Below are positions 39,275 through 52,570 of a DNA stretch of 64,000 nt, piece after piece. The DNA comes from Oopsacas minuta (lineage: Eukaryota; Animalia; Porifera): the NCBI GenBank assembly GCA_024704765.1, contig JAKMXF010000177.1:248001-312000 (forward strand), read 5' to 3'. The notes below the pieces were generated by a model. That model did not search any database. It was not told the origin of the DNA and saw only the letters and a program-made list of their open reading frames with translations. The stretch's first letter is position 1. Every line of letters starts with the position of its first letter. Position numbers and translations under genes: made by a program.

Positions 39275-41038
39275 CACTGCCTGGCCAAAAGTATTTGAAC
39301 AAATCATCCAAACTGTACAAATCTAGGACTTCGATCATTATATAATTTAGGTATGCTTTTAGACTATTGCATACTTATCTAAAAATTACTGATTGAATAC
39401 TCTTCAACTTTGGAGTCGGTGTCTATGCTCGTGTTTAACATCTAGAAATTTATCAAATATCTTTTGTAACTTGCAAAATAAAATACTCAGATTTATTACG
39501 TTCACATACCATTATATTTATCATTAATATATTGTCGAAAATGCAATGTTATAATTAATGATCCACAAGTTAAAGTATACTCAAGTCATTAATCAAGATT
39601 GGCAAGGTATATACTTGTAAATTCCAGTGATATAGTCTATTATTATCGTGATTCGTGAACCATGGCTGAACAGAAGTATAGCGTTATCAGTATTTTCTTT
39701 GTTTTGCTTCAGATACGATTACATACAATTATTTAATTTCTGAGATATATTTACAACTAGCAACTTATGGTGAAAATTAAAGAAATTAGTCAAAATCTGC
39801 ATAACCAAGCAGTCGGGATATTCAGAGGAGGAAATCATATTTACAGGCAGATTTCTTCATTATTAAACATTTCCCTCTCTTCGATACATTCTATTGTGTC
39901 TCGGTGGAAGAAATTTGGCAATGCAGAAATCTTCCAAGATCTGGAAGACCTCGTAAACTTCTCCAAAGAGACATACGTGTGGTCAAAAGGATTGTAAGGA
40001 AAAACAAATTCAAAACACTGAAGTTACTTTCGAAACAAGTGAACAAATCTAGTATCAATATTTCTAAGAGAACTTTGAGGAGAACTCTGAAGGAAATTGG
40101 ATTTAAATCTTGTATGAGAGCAAAAGAACCCCATATTTCGCAGAAAAATCGCAAACAAAGGTTGTGTTTTACCTAAATTGTAAGAATTTTTCCTCGCGAG
40201 ATTGGGCAGACATTATATGGTCTGACGAATCAAGATTCAAACTCTTCAACTCAGATGGAAGAGTTAGAGTATGGAGGGAAAGTAATCAGAGGTTCAACCC
40301 AAACAATGTAACAAGGACTTTACAAGGGAATGGTGGTTCTGTGTTGGTATGGGGATGTTTTTCTGGGAATATATTGGGTCCATTGATATTCGTAAAACAA
40401 AATGTCGCTTCACATGTCTATATAACTCGAATACTTGGGTCATTTTCTAAAAAATTTTATATATCCTCTATAGAATGTGGGAAGATGTGTTGACATTTTA
40501 ACAAGACAACGCTCCAGCCCACATGTCCAAAAGGACAAGAAATTGGTTCACTGCGAAAAAGATCCCATTATTGAGATGGCCCCCCCCCCAGAGCCCAGAT
40601 ATGAATTTGATCGAGTCCCTATGGGGCTTAATCGGAAGAAGATTAAATTCACGAAATGCGTTGCCAACATCTCTAACCCAACTAAAATCCATGCTAAAAG
40701 GGGAGTGGGAACAAATCTCTCAGAAAGAATTGGAAGAATTGATCAGCTCAATGCCAAAAAGGATGGCAGAATTGAAAAGGCCAACGGTGCACAAACAAAA
40801 TACTAAAGATCTATATCACTAGAATAAAGTTAGATCACTTATTACATAACAGTATAGTTAGAACACCAGAATTTTTGTGAAACTATATTATATACATTCT
40901 ATTTTTAGCTATTTACATGTATTTGTCAACGTTAACACTACATACGAACTTGTATTCGAATGCTTAATGATTATTCGAATTGTTGAATTAACACTTCGAT
41001 TTGTAGAAATTTGTTCAGATACTTTTGGCCAGGCAGTG
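39275..41038 (+). mobile_element. Tc1-family transposon (1764 bp), transposase frameshifted (39767-40822)
   Basis: TIR CACTGCCTGGCCAAAAGTAT(T/C)TGAACAAAT (29/30) with TA flanks; RSGRPRK, WSDESRF, GGSVLVWGCF, QQDNAPAH, QSPDMNLIE. Confidence 0.95.
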
Positions 41039-41463
41039 TATATAGGGAATAAGAGACATGTCGTCCCATAATCTTAGAATTAAAGGGAGAATAGAGATAG
41101 GCCGATAGTTATTTTTAACTTTGGCAGTTTTCCAAGAAGTTGAAAATATCCCAGTATTGACGCTCAGCTTGATAATCCTGGTGAGATGGCTAGAGATAAT
41201 GGGAGTAGCAATAATTAAGAGTTTTGAATTAATATTATCCAAACTGATGCTATTGTTCTGAGTTAAATGTGAGAGTTGGCTAGAGACAAAGACATTCGTA
41301 ATTTCTGGAATGTGAAGGGAAGATTATTCAAATGAGAAGGTTTGTTTGTCTGCAGCAGACCATTCATATCGAGTGAAGAAGAATCGGTATCATTTAGTTC
41401 TTTGGCTAAGTCGAGAAATATTCATTAAATATCTAGCAATAAATTTACCTTGTTCATCAATAT

Positions 41464-43760
41464 TAGTAATGCTCAACCGGGGCGTTTGCTTTGCTCAGGG
41501 GGCGCTGACAAGATAATGAGCCGTTGGATGAAGATTTATTCTAGCATCTGTAAATTTTGCGAAATACTATTGTATCATTAATATGTTGTGCAGTTTACCC
41601 ATAATGACAATTCTAACATGTTGCCCACAAGAAGAGCTAAGTATTCACCATTTACAATCAATCAATGCCTTCAATGGTATTGTTTCTTTGTTTTGAATTA
41701 ACAGTTCAGACGGCTTCTTAACAAAGAAGTTATAAAAAGTGATCATACCATGTTATTTCATTAATTACCTCAATAGTAAACACGATTTTCTCGCATATCC
41801 AATCATGGGTGAAAACCCCAAGAAAAAATACCGTCAATACTCCATAGATTATCTGAAATTTAGTTTCATCGCTTCACCTACCAATCAACAATTATCCTTT
41901 TGTTTACTCTGCAATCAAGTGTTCTCTAATGAGGGCATGAAACCTTCACGTATGTGCGGCCATTTGACGAAGAAACACCCTGATAAGAAAGACAAGGTTC
42001 TCAAATATTTCCAGACTTTAGCAAGCAGTTTGCGAATCATAGTTCCATAGATTGAATGATTTAACAAAATTACTACTAAAAATCACGATGGTCTTGTTGC
42101 TTCTTACAATATATCCCTTTTAATCGCCAAATGTGGAAAGCCTCATACAATAGGTGAAAAGCTCATCCTTCCAGCTATAAGAGAGGTTATATCTACTGTC
42201 ATGCATCAAGATGCGTCTAGTGTAGTTAGATCAATTCCCTCAAGTAATACTCAGTTTCGAGGAGGATCGAAGAATTGGCTATAGATGTTGAACAACAGTC
42301 GTGTAAAGTTTTACAAACAACGGAATTCGCTTTGCAGCTTGATGAGTCAACCTTACGTGACAATGAAGCCTTATTTATGGCATATGTACGATATATTCAC
42401 AATGGTGTATCAAAAGAAGAAATGCTCTTCTCCAAGCCACTAGAAACAGATACTAAAGGTGAGACAATATTTATGGTGGTAAAGTAATTTAGTGAAGAGA
42501 AAACATACCAATGGGAAATATCATTGCGTGTGCTACTGATGGAGCACCTTCAATGATTGGACGTCATCGTGGTTTCATAGCTCATCTGAAAAGAGCTGTG
42601 CTGAAGGTTTTTTCTATTCATCGTGTCATACATCGTCAACATTTGATCGCCAAGCACCTAACACTTAATCTTCACCAGTCTTTGCAAATCGTGAATACTG
42701 CTACGAACAAAAAGAACTCACTGATGATCGCATCTTTCAGCAACTTTGTGAAAACAATGATGAAGACTATAAACGCCTCTTTCTCCATACTAAAGTTAGG
42801 TGGCTTTCTAAAGGTAATTATTTGAAACGATTCCATCAACTGTTTGATTCTATAGCCGAGTTTCTAGAAGAATACGATTCAACTCTGGCAGAAAAGGTTA
42901 AAATGATAAGGACTGATGTGGCTTACTTAGCTGACATATTCGAGAAACTGAATATAGTGAACAAGCAGCTACAAGGGAATAATACTACTCTTATTCAAGC
43001 GAAGGGCGTTGTTCTATCATTATTAAGTAAACTAACCTTGTTTCGACAGAATATTGCGATCGTGAATTTGGGCAATTACCTTGTTTAAGTGAACTGGATA
43101 TGGCAAAATAATAACATCATTAGAGATGACAACATTCATATTTACTGTTCACATGTTGATTCCCTTAGCGAAGATTTGTTGATTCGATTCAAAGATTTAA
43201 CCAAGTTAGTTATCCTTAATTGTGTGATAAATCCATTTAGAACAAATATAGAAACTTTGGATCCACAATTTCAAGAAGAATTCATCGATTTGCAGAATGA
43301 TATCGAATGCAATGCCATATACACCCAATGTGGATATAGTGCATTCTGGATGAAGAAGAAAGTCTCTGAACGCTATCCCCATATTTTTCAAACTGTAAAA
43401 TTGATGTCTGTTGCATTTCCATCATCATATCTTGTCGAAAAGGGATTCAGCACAGTAGTTAATCTGCTCACAAAACAAAGTAATCGACTGGAAATAGCAA
43501 CAAGAGGAGACTTGAGACTCGATCTGACGTAATTAGAACCGGATGTAGTCAAACTAGCAAAGAGCCACCAAAGTCAAGAATCACATGTTCCAAAGTATAC
43601 TGATACTTAGATTAGTCCCTAGATACTCTATCAGTCTATCTTTTATATTTCCATATAGTCAGTAATTAAAAACTGATTCAATAAAGTATTAAATAGGGGG
43701 CGTTCTGTAAGTATTAAGTCGATAAGGGGGAGTTAAATTGGGAAAGGTTGGGAAACACTG
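41464..43760 (+). mobile_element. hAT Buster/Charlie-type element (ZBED5/SCAND3-like transposase, pseudogenised; 41805-43560)
   Basis: BED finger CLLC...HLTKKH, KPHTIGEKL, LQLDES, TDGAPSM, FPSSYLVEKGFS, RGDLRL. Right TIR reverse complement CAGTGTTTCCCAACC versus degenerate left TAGTAATGCTCAACC; TSD ATCAATAT / ATCTATAT (7/8). Confidence 0.88.
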
Positions 43761-45010
43761 ATCTATATTAAGTTGCTCTATTACTTTAGATGTAGGGTTA
43801 TTTCGTATTATTTGAAGGGGTAACTTCCAAAAAATTTCCTAAGAATTATGTTGGATAGTTGTGTAGCAAGACTTCCTGCATTCTTTTATCAGTGCATTTA
43901 CAGTATTTTTCCAAATCTTTCCAGTTCGTGAAGTCTCATGCCGACGCTAAAGTGCCTCGAGTATGCATAGCACTAAGTATCTCTGTATCCATCCAATCAG
44001 GTTGTGTGGGATGTTTTACTCCGTTCGATAGAAAAAGGTCTCTTTTGTGAGATACCTCGAAGAATTGTACTCTAATGCAACAGTAAAATATTCAAAACAA
44101 AATCTGTCTACAATAAACACAAATAAATTTTGCTATAACCCGGATATCCTAGAATCTTTATATATTAGATATTACACGCCATTGCTTCCTCTTTGAAGGT
44201 GATCATTCTAAGTAGTAAGATAGTGATAGCATTGAGTGATCATAAAACTACTTCAACTCATAGCAATGCAGAAGCCGAGAGCGTTGAAAATAGCCAAACT
44301 CAGCATATTCACATTCCTAAGAAGTTAGCAAACTATTCGACTAGAGTCACTCCAGCCACTAATTCGACTTACTAACACTTAACATATGCAAACGAAATCA
44401 GTACCATCCAAAAGAGAAGAGTTGGACGTTTTTACAGCATATGTTCTGTTTTTGAAGAGTTTTACTTTTATATACATTCGGTAAGATTTTGAAGGAGACG
44501 ATTCCCATTCATTTACCTACCTAGAAGTTAGAATTCGATCCTGAAATTGCCTATACGTAGTTTGGTGATATGTACTTTATGTAAAGTAAATATCATAAAA
44601 AATATTCACAACTCTCGGAGCTAGGGGATTTAATTTTCAAGCAGGGAGTGAGCGAAAGTGAAGGGGAATGAATCATATACTACAGGGTCGGTTCAAACTT
44701 ATTTTTCTGAGCCTAAATCCAACTTAATATCCCAACTATCGATTAATATATTTAATCTCATAGAAATTTAATCATCAAACCAATATGACCATTTTTGATC
44801 TTCATGTTTATCTATTTTTGACCTTTTGCTTTTTAGTACTCTTCTCTTCATTTTGTTATTTCAATCTTTTAATAATATTTATCGATCTCTTCTGATTTTC
44901 TTGCTCGTTGATATTACTGTGACGCGACACCATAATTTCTCTGGAATCGTGACATGCTCGTATTGGCTTGAACTTTCTAAGGTATTCTAATTATTTCAAC
45001 TTCATCCATC

Positions 45011-45127
45011 ATGTTATATGCTATTTGTGCTTGTATCGCATCTATTCTTCTCATCATTGGCGGCATTGAGATCAATCCAGGTCCCATCACACCGACTCCA
45101 GAAACTCATCACGAACAAGATAGTTAA
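45011..45127 (+). other. Short ORF carrying a 2A-like (StopGo) motif GGIEINPGP
   Basis: MLYAICACIASILLIIGGIEINPGPITPTPETHHEQDS*: a hydrophobic stretch followed by G-I-E-x-N-P-G-P (45062-45085), the layout of LINE-associated LLLxGD(I/V)ExNPGP motifs. Confidence 0.6.
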
Positions 45128-47099
45128 TTAATTTAATTCAAGTGCTTCATTCCGTAATTTGCACATACTTCCATACATTTTACAATTACCAAGGGTTATA
45201 ATGTTAATGATAAGCTCATAGTATCTACATTTCATTCTTTCGAGGCTATGATTCTGAAGACATCTATTAGTTGTAAAATATATCATTATATCTTGGGTTA
45301 TTTGCAAAAAAGGTCTATTCGTACAATAAACCTGACCAGAGACACAAATAATAGTTGAAGTGGAAAAACAACTCATGTAACATATGGTCTCTTGTCAGAG
45401 ATGCTTGGGCTAGAAATTCTGATAGGAATGTACAGTAAATCCCCTTAGCTCAAAGCTTCAAGTGTGTTAAAAGCATTACTAACAGGGATGCAGAGTATCG
45501 GAGGAATTATACATTTATGGTACAACCATGAAAATATGTACAATGATTCTAGGAATGATGAACCAACATTTTCAGATCGGGACACATCTTGAAAGTCGCG
45601 TTTATAGACCTTATGTGGATAGGTTAATGTGCCACTTTTGGGCACATTGTAACAATGTTAATTAGCCTTAACATAAATAGAGAAATCGAATCCTATTTAT
45701 ACATCTATATTCGTAATCAGAGTAAAGTTCTTGTCGTTCAAGTGGTCACAATTTAGAGATTCCATAGTAACGCAATAAAGCCTCAGGAATGTGAAAGCAT
45801 TCCATTCTCAAAGTTTGTCCTAACCCCATCGAGAGACACCTTGTTCGACGTCACTAGGCTAACAGAGTCTAGTCATACAAGTATCAATACTCGGTAGTAT
45901 CTTTTACCACGATTTTACCAGATCGTCCTCTTCTGTGCGTCCTAACTTTCTTGACATTATTTTTATATCTTACTTACAGAAACATGGTGCCATGTTTTCG
46001 TGGTAAAAATAGCATCGAAGGTAAATATGTGTATGACTAGACTCAGCTAGCCCTAATCTCTAGAAATATGGCCAAGTGTCCACTTGAACGACGGGAATTC
46101 TAATCTGATCATGAATATGGATATATGGATTCGATTTCTCAAATAAAGTTAAGGTATTTAACATTGTTCAGAATGTGACCAAAAGTGGCAATTAAAAAAG
46201 CCACCCAAGGTCAATACACAGAACCTTCAAGAAATGTGACTGAAAATGTTAATGTCTGGTGTTTAGGAAAAATTATTCTAGCCACTGGTTCTAACGCATG
46301 AAAATATGCAGTAATAAACATTTTCCTCACTAGAATTGGACAGAGTTCACAACTGGTCGTACTACCTCTTTCCAGTTCGGTATTAAAATGGTATGTGTAA
46401 TTCTCGTAGAAATATTAACATGGGTAGCTATATCTTCAACTCAAGAAAATGGAAGGTATTCAATAAATATCATTATTTCAGGCGGGGCCTAATAAAATGA
46501 AAATATTGTGGGTGGCAGATAACATCAAATGGGAGCAATTGGATCTTTCATAAGCCTGCATTTGGTTTTATAATATTTAATTCAAAAAGGACGAGCGAGC
46601 ATGAGAGAAATTTAGAGATACAAGATACCGAGAAAGTGTAAGGAGTGTTTTCCCTGCATACAGGGAATTGACTTAGCTATAGATAGATATTCAGTGTTCC
46701 AATGGTGCATTAAATAGTGATCATACCAGCTAACAGTCCATGAATACTTTCTTGCATAAATACATGGCATATTACAAATACTAAATTCATGATCATGTTG
46801 TTCAAATATTACACGAAATTAACATTAAATATCCGGAGCTCAGGGTAAAACGGGCCAATATTTCCACCTACCCATCCGTTCTAAAATATCATTCTCTCAA
46901 ATTCAATCTACCAGCGAGGGTAGCGAGTGATCGAAAATTTCAAGGTGAACCCTTCAGAAAATGTTAATTAAAGGGAAATCCCAGCAAGGAAAATGAGATA
47001 ACATAGGGTTAGTGATCATGTACATTTAAAACAATAGATATTATACGAAGAATGTTTTGTTACAAAATGGGATGTGCACCCTTGCCCACAATAGTCACG

Positions 47100-47830
47100 C
47101 AATGATCTCAGCTGTTTTTCCTTGGTAATCGCCAATTACGGGGCTCCAGCCCCCGGAGCATCTTCGACGGTGTCTTACTATCCATCAAACTAATTACTCA
47201 ACTTCTAGCAGTGGATCGATGAAGACATGTAATATAAAAACTGTTATCATTGAATTTCGAAATATCGTTCGAATAATTAGGAAGTCACCATTTAAAAATG
47301 AAGTACTTCAGTTGTACACAAAGATATCGAAAAAACTATTAACCTAGTCTTGGATTGCAAGGCTAGGTGGAATAGCGTAATTAGTATGATTAGTCGATTG
47401 TTAACGTAAGAAAACCACTATGCAAAGCTATGATCGACATCAATTTAAACATGGAAATTTGTGAACTTGATTGGCAAGTGTTGGAAAACATTTGCAGTTG
47501 TTTATAACCATCGAAAGTCTACAACTCATCTGAGGACCCCGAAGGAGATTTTGGATTCCTATAGAAGAAATATTTTAGATTGCTTCCAGTGGCTTCAAAT
47601 AAGGCCATTTTCTTTACTTTGATAAAGGAAACGGCCTTATTTGAAGTCACTGGAGACAAATCTAAAAATATTTCTCCTATAGAGGAAGTACTGAATACAA
47701 TTCTTCCCACAAGCGCTGAGGCAGAACGGTTTTTCTCAGGGACAGGACTTTTGTGACTAACTTGCGATCACGTTTGAGTGAAATCTTAGTTGATAGCTTA
47801 ATGATCTAAAGTCATATCTCAAGAACCAAG
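47100..47830 (+). pseudogene. Decayed hAT transposase (Ac/Hermes-type C-terminal half)
   Basis: IRKSPFKNEVLQ, LDCKARWNS (about 47350) and PTSAEAERFFSGTG...LRSRLS (47706-47780, dimerisation domain). Confidence 0.7.
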
Positions 47831-48689
47831 AGATAAAGTAAAAATTAATTAAAAGATTTAGGATTTCCTCATTATTAGTCATATTTCGTCTAATTTTATT
47901 CTATTTGATAAATCAAAATACAAGAGAGTACTAGCAATTAAAGGCAGAATATTATAATTTGATTAACCGATTATAATCGTTTAATCGTTACTTTGCGAAT
48001 TAACTATTTGATAAACGATTATATCACAAATGATATTCGTCAATCTGAATACTGCACAAAAAGACAGGCCAAATTATCCACTCTTCAAAGGCATTCGTAT
48101 CAACCGTGTTCGTGTCAACGACGAAGTTAGACTAAATTAGCTGGAATGTAAAAATACGCAACCTCAATACAGTTACAGATAAGTAAATATAAATTTATTG
48201 TTTCTGCCATGTACATAATGCCAAAGAAAAATAAGAGCCAACATTTTCTAGACTTAAGAAAGGAAAACAAGATTTATTGATTAGTAAAGTAAATAATCCA
48301 TGAAAACCCACTAACATTCGAGTACATTGAGCGAAGCAGAAAATTAAGTGAGAAATGATAAAATTGCTAAACGAAAAAATGTATTGTTAATGTTGGTTAT
48401 TAAGGAGAAACTATATCACAGAGACCTGCTACAAGTTCCAGTAGGTTGAACTATTTGAATTTTCAAAGCTAAGTTGTATAATACGTATTAAACGTATAAT
48501 ACACGCTTAATACGTATTATGCGTTATCACAGCGAGATCTACACAAAACTGTTTGGTTTTTGAATTTAGCTTTACATAAACTTTCCAAACTTCATTAAAC
48601 AAACCGTTAGCTGTTTATATTTGTATATATTGAGGTTCTATCTGGGAAGATATTGATGATGAAAATTCCTCCCTACTTGTCAGCGATCT

Positions 48690-50440
48690 TGCAAAGGATT
48701 AAAGATCACTCATTGGATTATAAGAAGCCTTCGTCGTGACATTTCAATTCCCGGAAATTAGAAGTCCTAAGAAGGATTCTACAGAACGAAAATGAGACAT
48801 ATATTATGTATACAGAATCCTGGTTAAATTCTACTTTTCTGCTCGTGAAATCTTATTACAGGGTACTCCTCGGATAAAAGAAAAGATAGATGTGGGCCTA
48901 GAGATGGGGGGATATTATTACACATTAAAATGACATATCATATATTAGACGCAGAGACCTGGAGATAGGTTCCTCCGATATTGAAGCTCTCTGGATTGAA
49001 GTAACATACCGAAACCCACAAAACATTACTATGCGGAAACGATAGATAGCCCAATCTTGATTTAACGCAATGGTGAGAAACATTTGGATTACAGCTTGAA
49101 CATCCATGGAGAACCATCAAATCGTCCTAATGGGAAATGATAATATTGATTTCCTTAACGCAAGCCATCCGATAAGATTTAGCTAGGAAGCATGAGTCAT
49201 TGTAGTTTTTCTCAATAATTAAATAAGACAACCAGATTAGTCTACTCATCTCAGAAGATATTAGATATAATATTTGTTAACTGGCCTCATAGAGTAAGGG
49301 CCATCAAAGTAACACCAATTACGTTGAGTGATCACTATCCTATCTCTGTGGTATTAAAGCAAGGATTTACAAAAAAGATTGACACACAAAAATTCGTTAC
49401 GGGCCTTTCAAACACTTTGTTCAAGATGACTTCTTAACCGATTTATCCTCAGTATATTGGTCTATGATAGATAATCACAACGATCCTGAAGAAGTCTAAG
49501 ATTTATGATACAGTGTATTTAAGAAGTTTATAGATCAACATGCTCCAGTCATTGAAAAACATGCGAAAAGGCTTAGACAACCTGATTATATGACTGATGA
49601 GCTCCTCCAAGCAATCACTATGAGAGACAGATTCGAAAAAATAGTTATGATATTAATTGTAAAAGAATGAGAAATAGATGTGTTTGTTAAATAGAGAGAC
49701 TAAAAAGCACAATTACATGAAGATAATTAAGTCTGGTAAAGAGACACACATTCGCTATGGAAATATATGAATGAACTTGCCCCTAAAGACATGAAGTCTA
49801 TACAGCCTGGTCTAATAGAAGGCGATCGAGTTGAAACTGATTCATCTATTATTGCAAACACTTTTAGTGAGCATTTTTTCGACATACAGTAAATACTCAT
49901 TGCCATTGGGTTCAGATGGACCAGATTACTTGGTTTTATCAGAAGATGTAAGGACTACGGTTGATTCAGACTCTAAATTGATTTGCAAACCTCTGAACCA
50001 GGAAGCTGTTTATAGATACCTAACGCATTGAACACATATACGTCAACTGGGACTTGACGACGTAAGTCTAAAGCTTTTGAAACTAGCAGCTTTTATAGTT
50101 TATACTCACTTATTATGTATAAAAAAACATGTGTATATCGAAAGGAACTATCCCTAAATGTTTGAATAGCGCGAAGGTAACACCAGTTATAAAAATGCTC
50201 GAAAAGAGACAAGTTGAATTATCGTCCCAATTCTATCTTGCCAGCGTTAAGTAAAATTATTGAAAGACATTTGTATGATGAAATTTATAAGTATTACTGG
50301 AAATCCAACTCTCGTTTCCTTTTCAATATTGTTTTAGAAGTTCCCACTCTTGTGAAACAGCTTAAATAAACTTGTTATATGATCTTTTACTTGGACAATC
50401 GATATTTGAATCATGTTATATCACTTGATTTTAGTAAAGT
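48690..50440 (+). mobile_element. Decayed, 3'-truncated CR1/L2-type LINE ORF2 (APE and start of RT)
   Basis: KGLKITH, TESWL, KDR..GG, EALWIEV, LSDHYP, DQHAP, STGLDDVS, AKVTP, NYRP.SILPALSKIIERH, HSCETA, LDFSK in order with many frameshifts. Confidence 0.82.
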
Positions 50441-51711
50441 TTCGGATTCTGAGCCAGCCGAAAATGGTGGCTAAGAATATACTAAGTAAATCGAGGATGA
50501 AGTAGCACCACTTATTTAACTCAAAAAATGGTCATTTATTTCAAATTTTAGAGAATTACATAACTTATAAGCATAAATAGCTTATTTATGGATAGGACTA
50601 TATAATATGGTAAATATTTATCAATGTTGTTGCAATTTATGACTTTTATATAACACTTTGTAAACATAAAATAGCAAGTATATATGTTATAATAGATATC
50701 TCAGCAATTTCGACAAAAAATATATAATATGGGTTGACAGACTGTATCCTTTATAGCCCAATATAAGAGCCTGGTGGCCAAAATCTAATGAATTTCGGAA
50801 AATATTCAAGACAAAGCTCTAAAATCATTACAACTTTTTCGTACGATAGAGAACTCTATAAAAAAATCAATAACATCCTTCCTAGGGGATAATCCACATA
50901 TATTGGCATTCAGCGTACATTTTCGAATGAAGATAAACAATATTAAAAATGGGAAAATATTACGAGACTGGCGGACTAACTGATGACTCCAGCCGGGAAG
51001 AAACACTACTAGATTATACAAACATAGCAGCGAAATATTCCACTTCACTATCTCGCAATTATCGGAAGCTCTTATTTGGTGTAATAAACAGATAAAACAT
51101 ATTGTGACGCATACATAACTGAAACTAACAATGGTTAGAAATATCGAAACAGAGAAAAACTAAAAGAATATAACACAAAGCCTAAGTATAATACACAATC
51201 CATAAATTGTCATTAGATGGAGGCTCATGTACCTCACAGTGGAGTTCAGCCTCCAACAGCGTGCTGTAGGAGGTTTGGCAATGTCGACACCTAATTGGGT
51301 ATCACCTAGAACGCTTGTAATACTTGGGATGTTTAGTACAAGTATGCAATATAGGTCTCTATTCTTCTGGCCTCTTTTCAAATAAGCTGTACGAGAAATA
51401 GATCCCAATATAAAAACTATATGTCAATGTGTAGTGTAGAGTATTACTGTATATGATTGGATTTATGACAACATCCATGAGTGTGATTCTAAAGGTGGTT
51501 TCGCTGAATGAATATCTCAAACAACAATTCTTATAGTAATTTTCCCTTTGTTGAATATATATATATATGTACAGCTACGTATAACATCCTGAACTATTTG
51601 ATCGTTAATCTTAGAGAGGGAAATCACTTTGAGAATATAAGTTAACTAAGGCATAGATTTCTATAAAAACACAACGCGAAGCGTAGTATACTTTTGTAAA
51701 TTGAAGTTCAG

Positions 51712-51831
51712 AATTGCACCAAATTGAGTCTCGGTTATCGTATTGTCGGGAATGTGGTAAGATTCTATTCACAAAGTCACATATTATCCTGACCACATCG
51801 AGCGACCCATTTTTCGACGTCAATAAGGAAG
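51712..51831 (+). CDS. Candidate orphan 120-nt exon encoding a CxxC motif (unassigned)
   Basis: ttcag|...GGAAG|gtaagt; open only in the phase 1-1 frame (LHQIESRLSYCRECGKILFTKSHIILTTSSDPFFDVNKE); in-frame stop just upstream of the acceptor. No partner exons found. Confidence 0.25.
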
Positions 51832-51839
51832 GTAAGTAC

Positions 51840-52570
51840 GAGTCTAGTAATACACATATCAACCCTCGAAGTATATGGAATCACGATTTTACATTATAGT
51901 ATTCTGCGGCCACCATATTTACTACTATGTTTTTCACGTTTCTTACAGACACACGATAGTATAGTCCGTATTTGTGAGAAATACTTGTAATACATGTATA
52001 AGGTAATATAGTTCTAGAATCTAGATCGAGGTTTAGGCCACATTATACTATATTTTATGGTGATCAGAAAATTGTCGATGGACAGTCTTGTAAAAACTTC
52101 ATAAAAATACTAAATGAATTTACTACGTGGGGATGAGGAAAGGGCGTCGATCCAGGGGGCGGTAGTTCTCAATACTTTCTGAGGGCAAGAATATCACTTC
52201 GCCTGCCCTCAAAAAATCTTGTGTCAAACCCCAAGAACTCCGATATGCAGCGGCGTCGAGTGGCTTGGAAATAAGGGGGGGAGGCACAAATTCAATCTAG
52301 TGTGCAACAAATTCTGGATGAGGATCTATGGGCGAGGTAAACAAAGAATTATTTAATCTCTGTCTTAACCATAAAATTTCTGATGACCATAAAATAAATC
52401 ACTTGCTTTAATAACTAGATCTACATCACAAATATTTCTCACACAGACGATAGTATTGTATGTCTGTAATAAAAAATGTAAAAAACAGCAATAAAATATG
52501 GAGGCCGAAGAAGACTATCAAGTAAAAATGTTTAGAGTTACTTTCGAGGGTTTGATAGGAGTATTACGAG
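51840..52570. repeat. Degenerate long inverted-repeat element (arms about 210 bp)
   Basis: 51840-52050 aligns with the reverse complement of 52370-52570 (e.g. tacagacacacgatagt...tgtgagaaata versus tatttctcacacagacgatagtattgtatgtctgta). Confidence 0.6.

Larger units (their letters stand above)
38440..44650 (-). mobile_element. Decayed CR1/L2-type LINE ORF2 (APE-RT), split by a Tc1 and a hAT insertion
   Basis: Collinear minus-strand fragments: QPDWMDTEIL (about 43990), WKTAKV and NYRPISILP (about 41085-41140), LEISKAFARVKH (about 39120-39150), GVPQGSTL (about 38960-38980), VDNKLSWLSHID (about 38610-38640). Confidence 0.8.

Noticed and set aside
51949-52002. Second plus-strand exon following the 51712-51831 candidate
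   Set aside because: Stops in all frames, and it lies within one arm of an inverted-repeat element.
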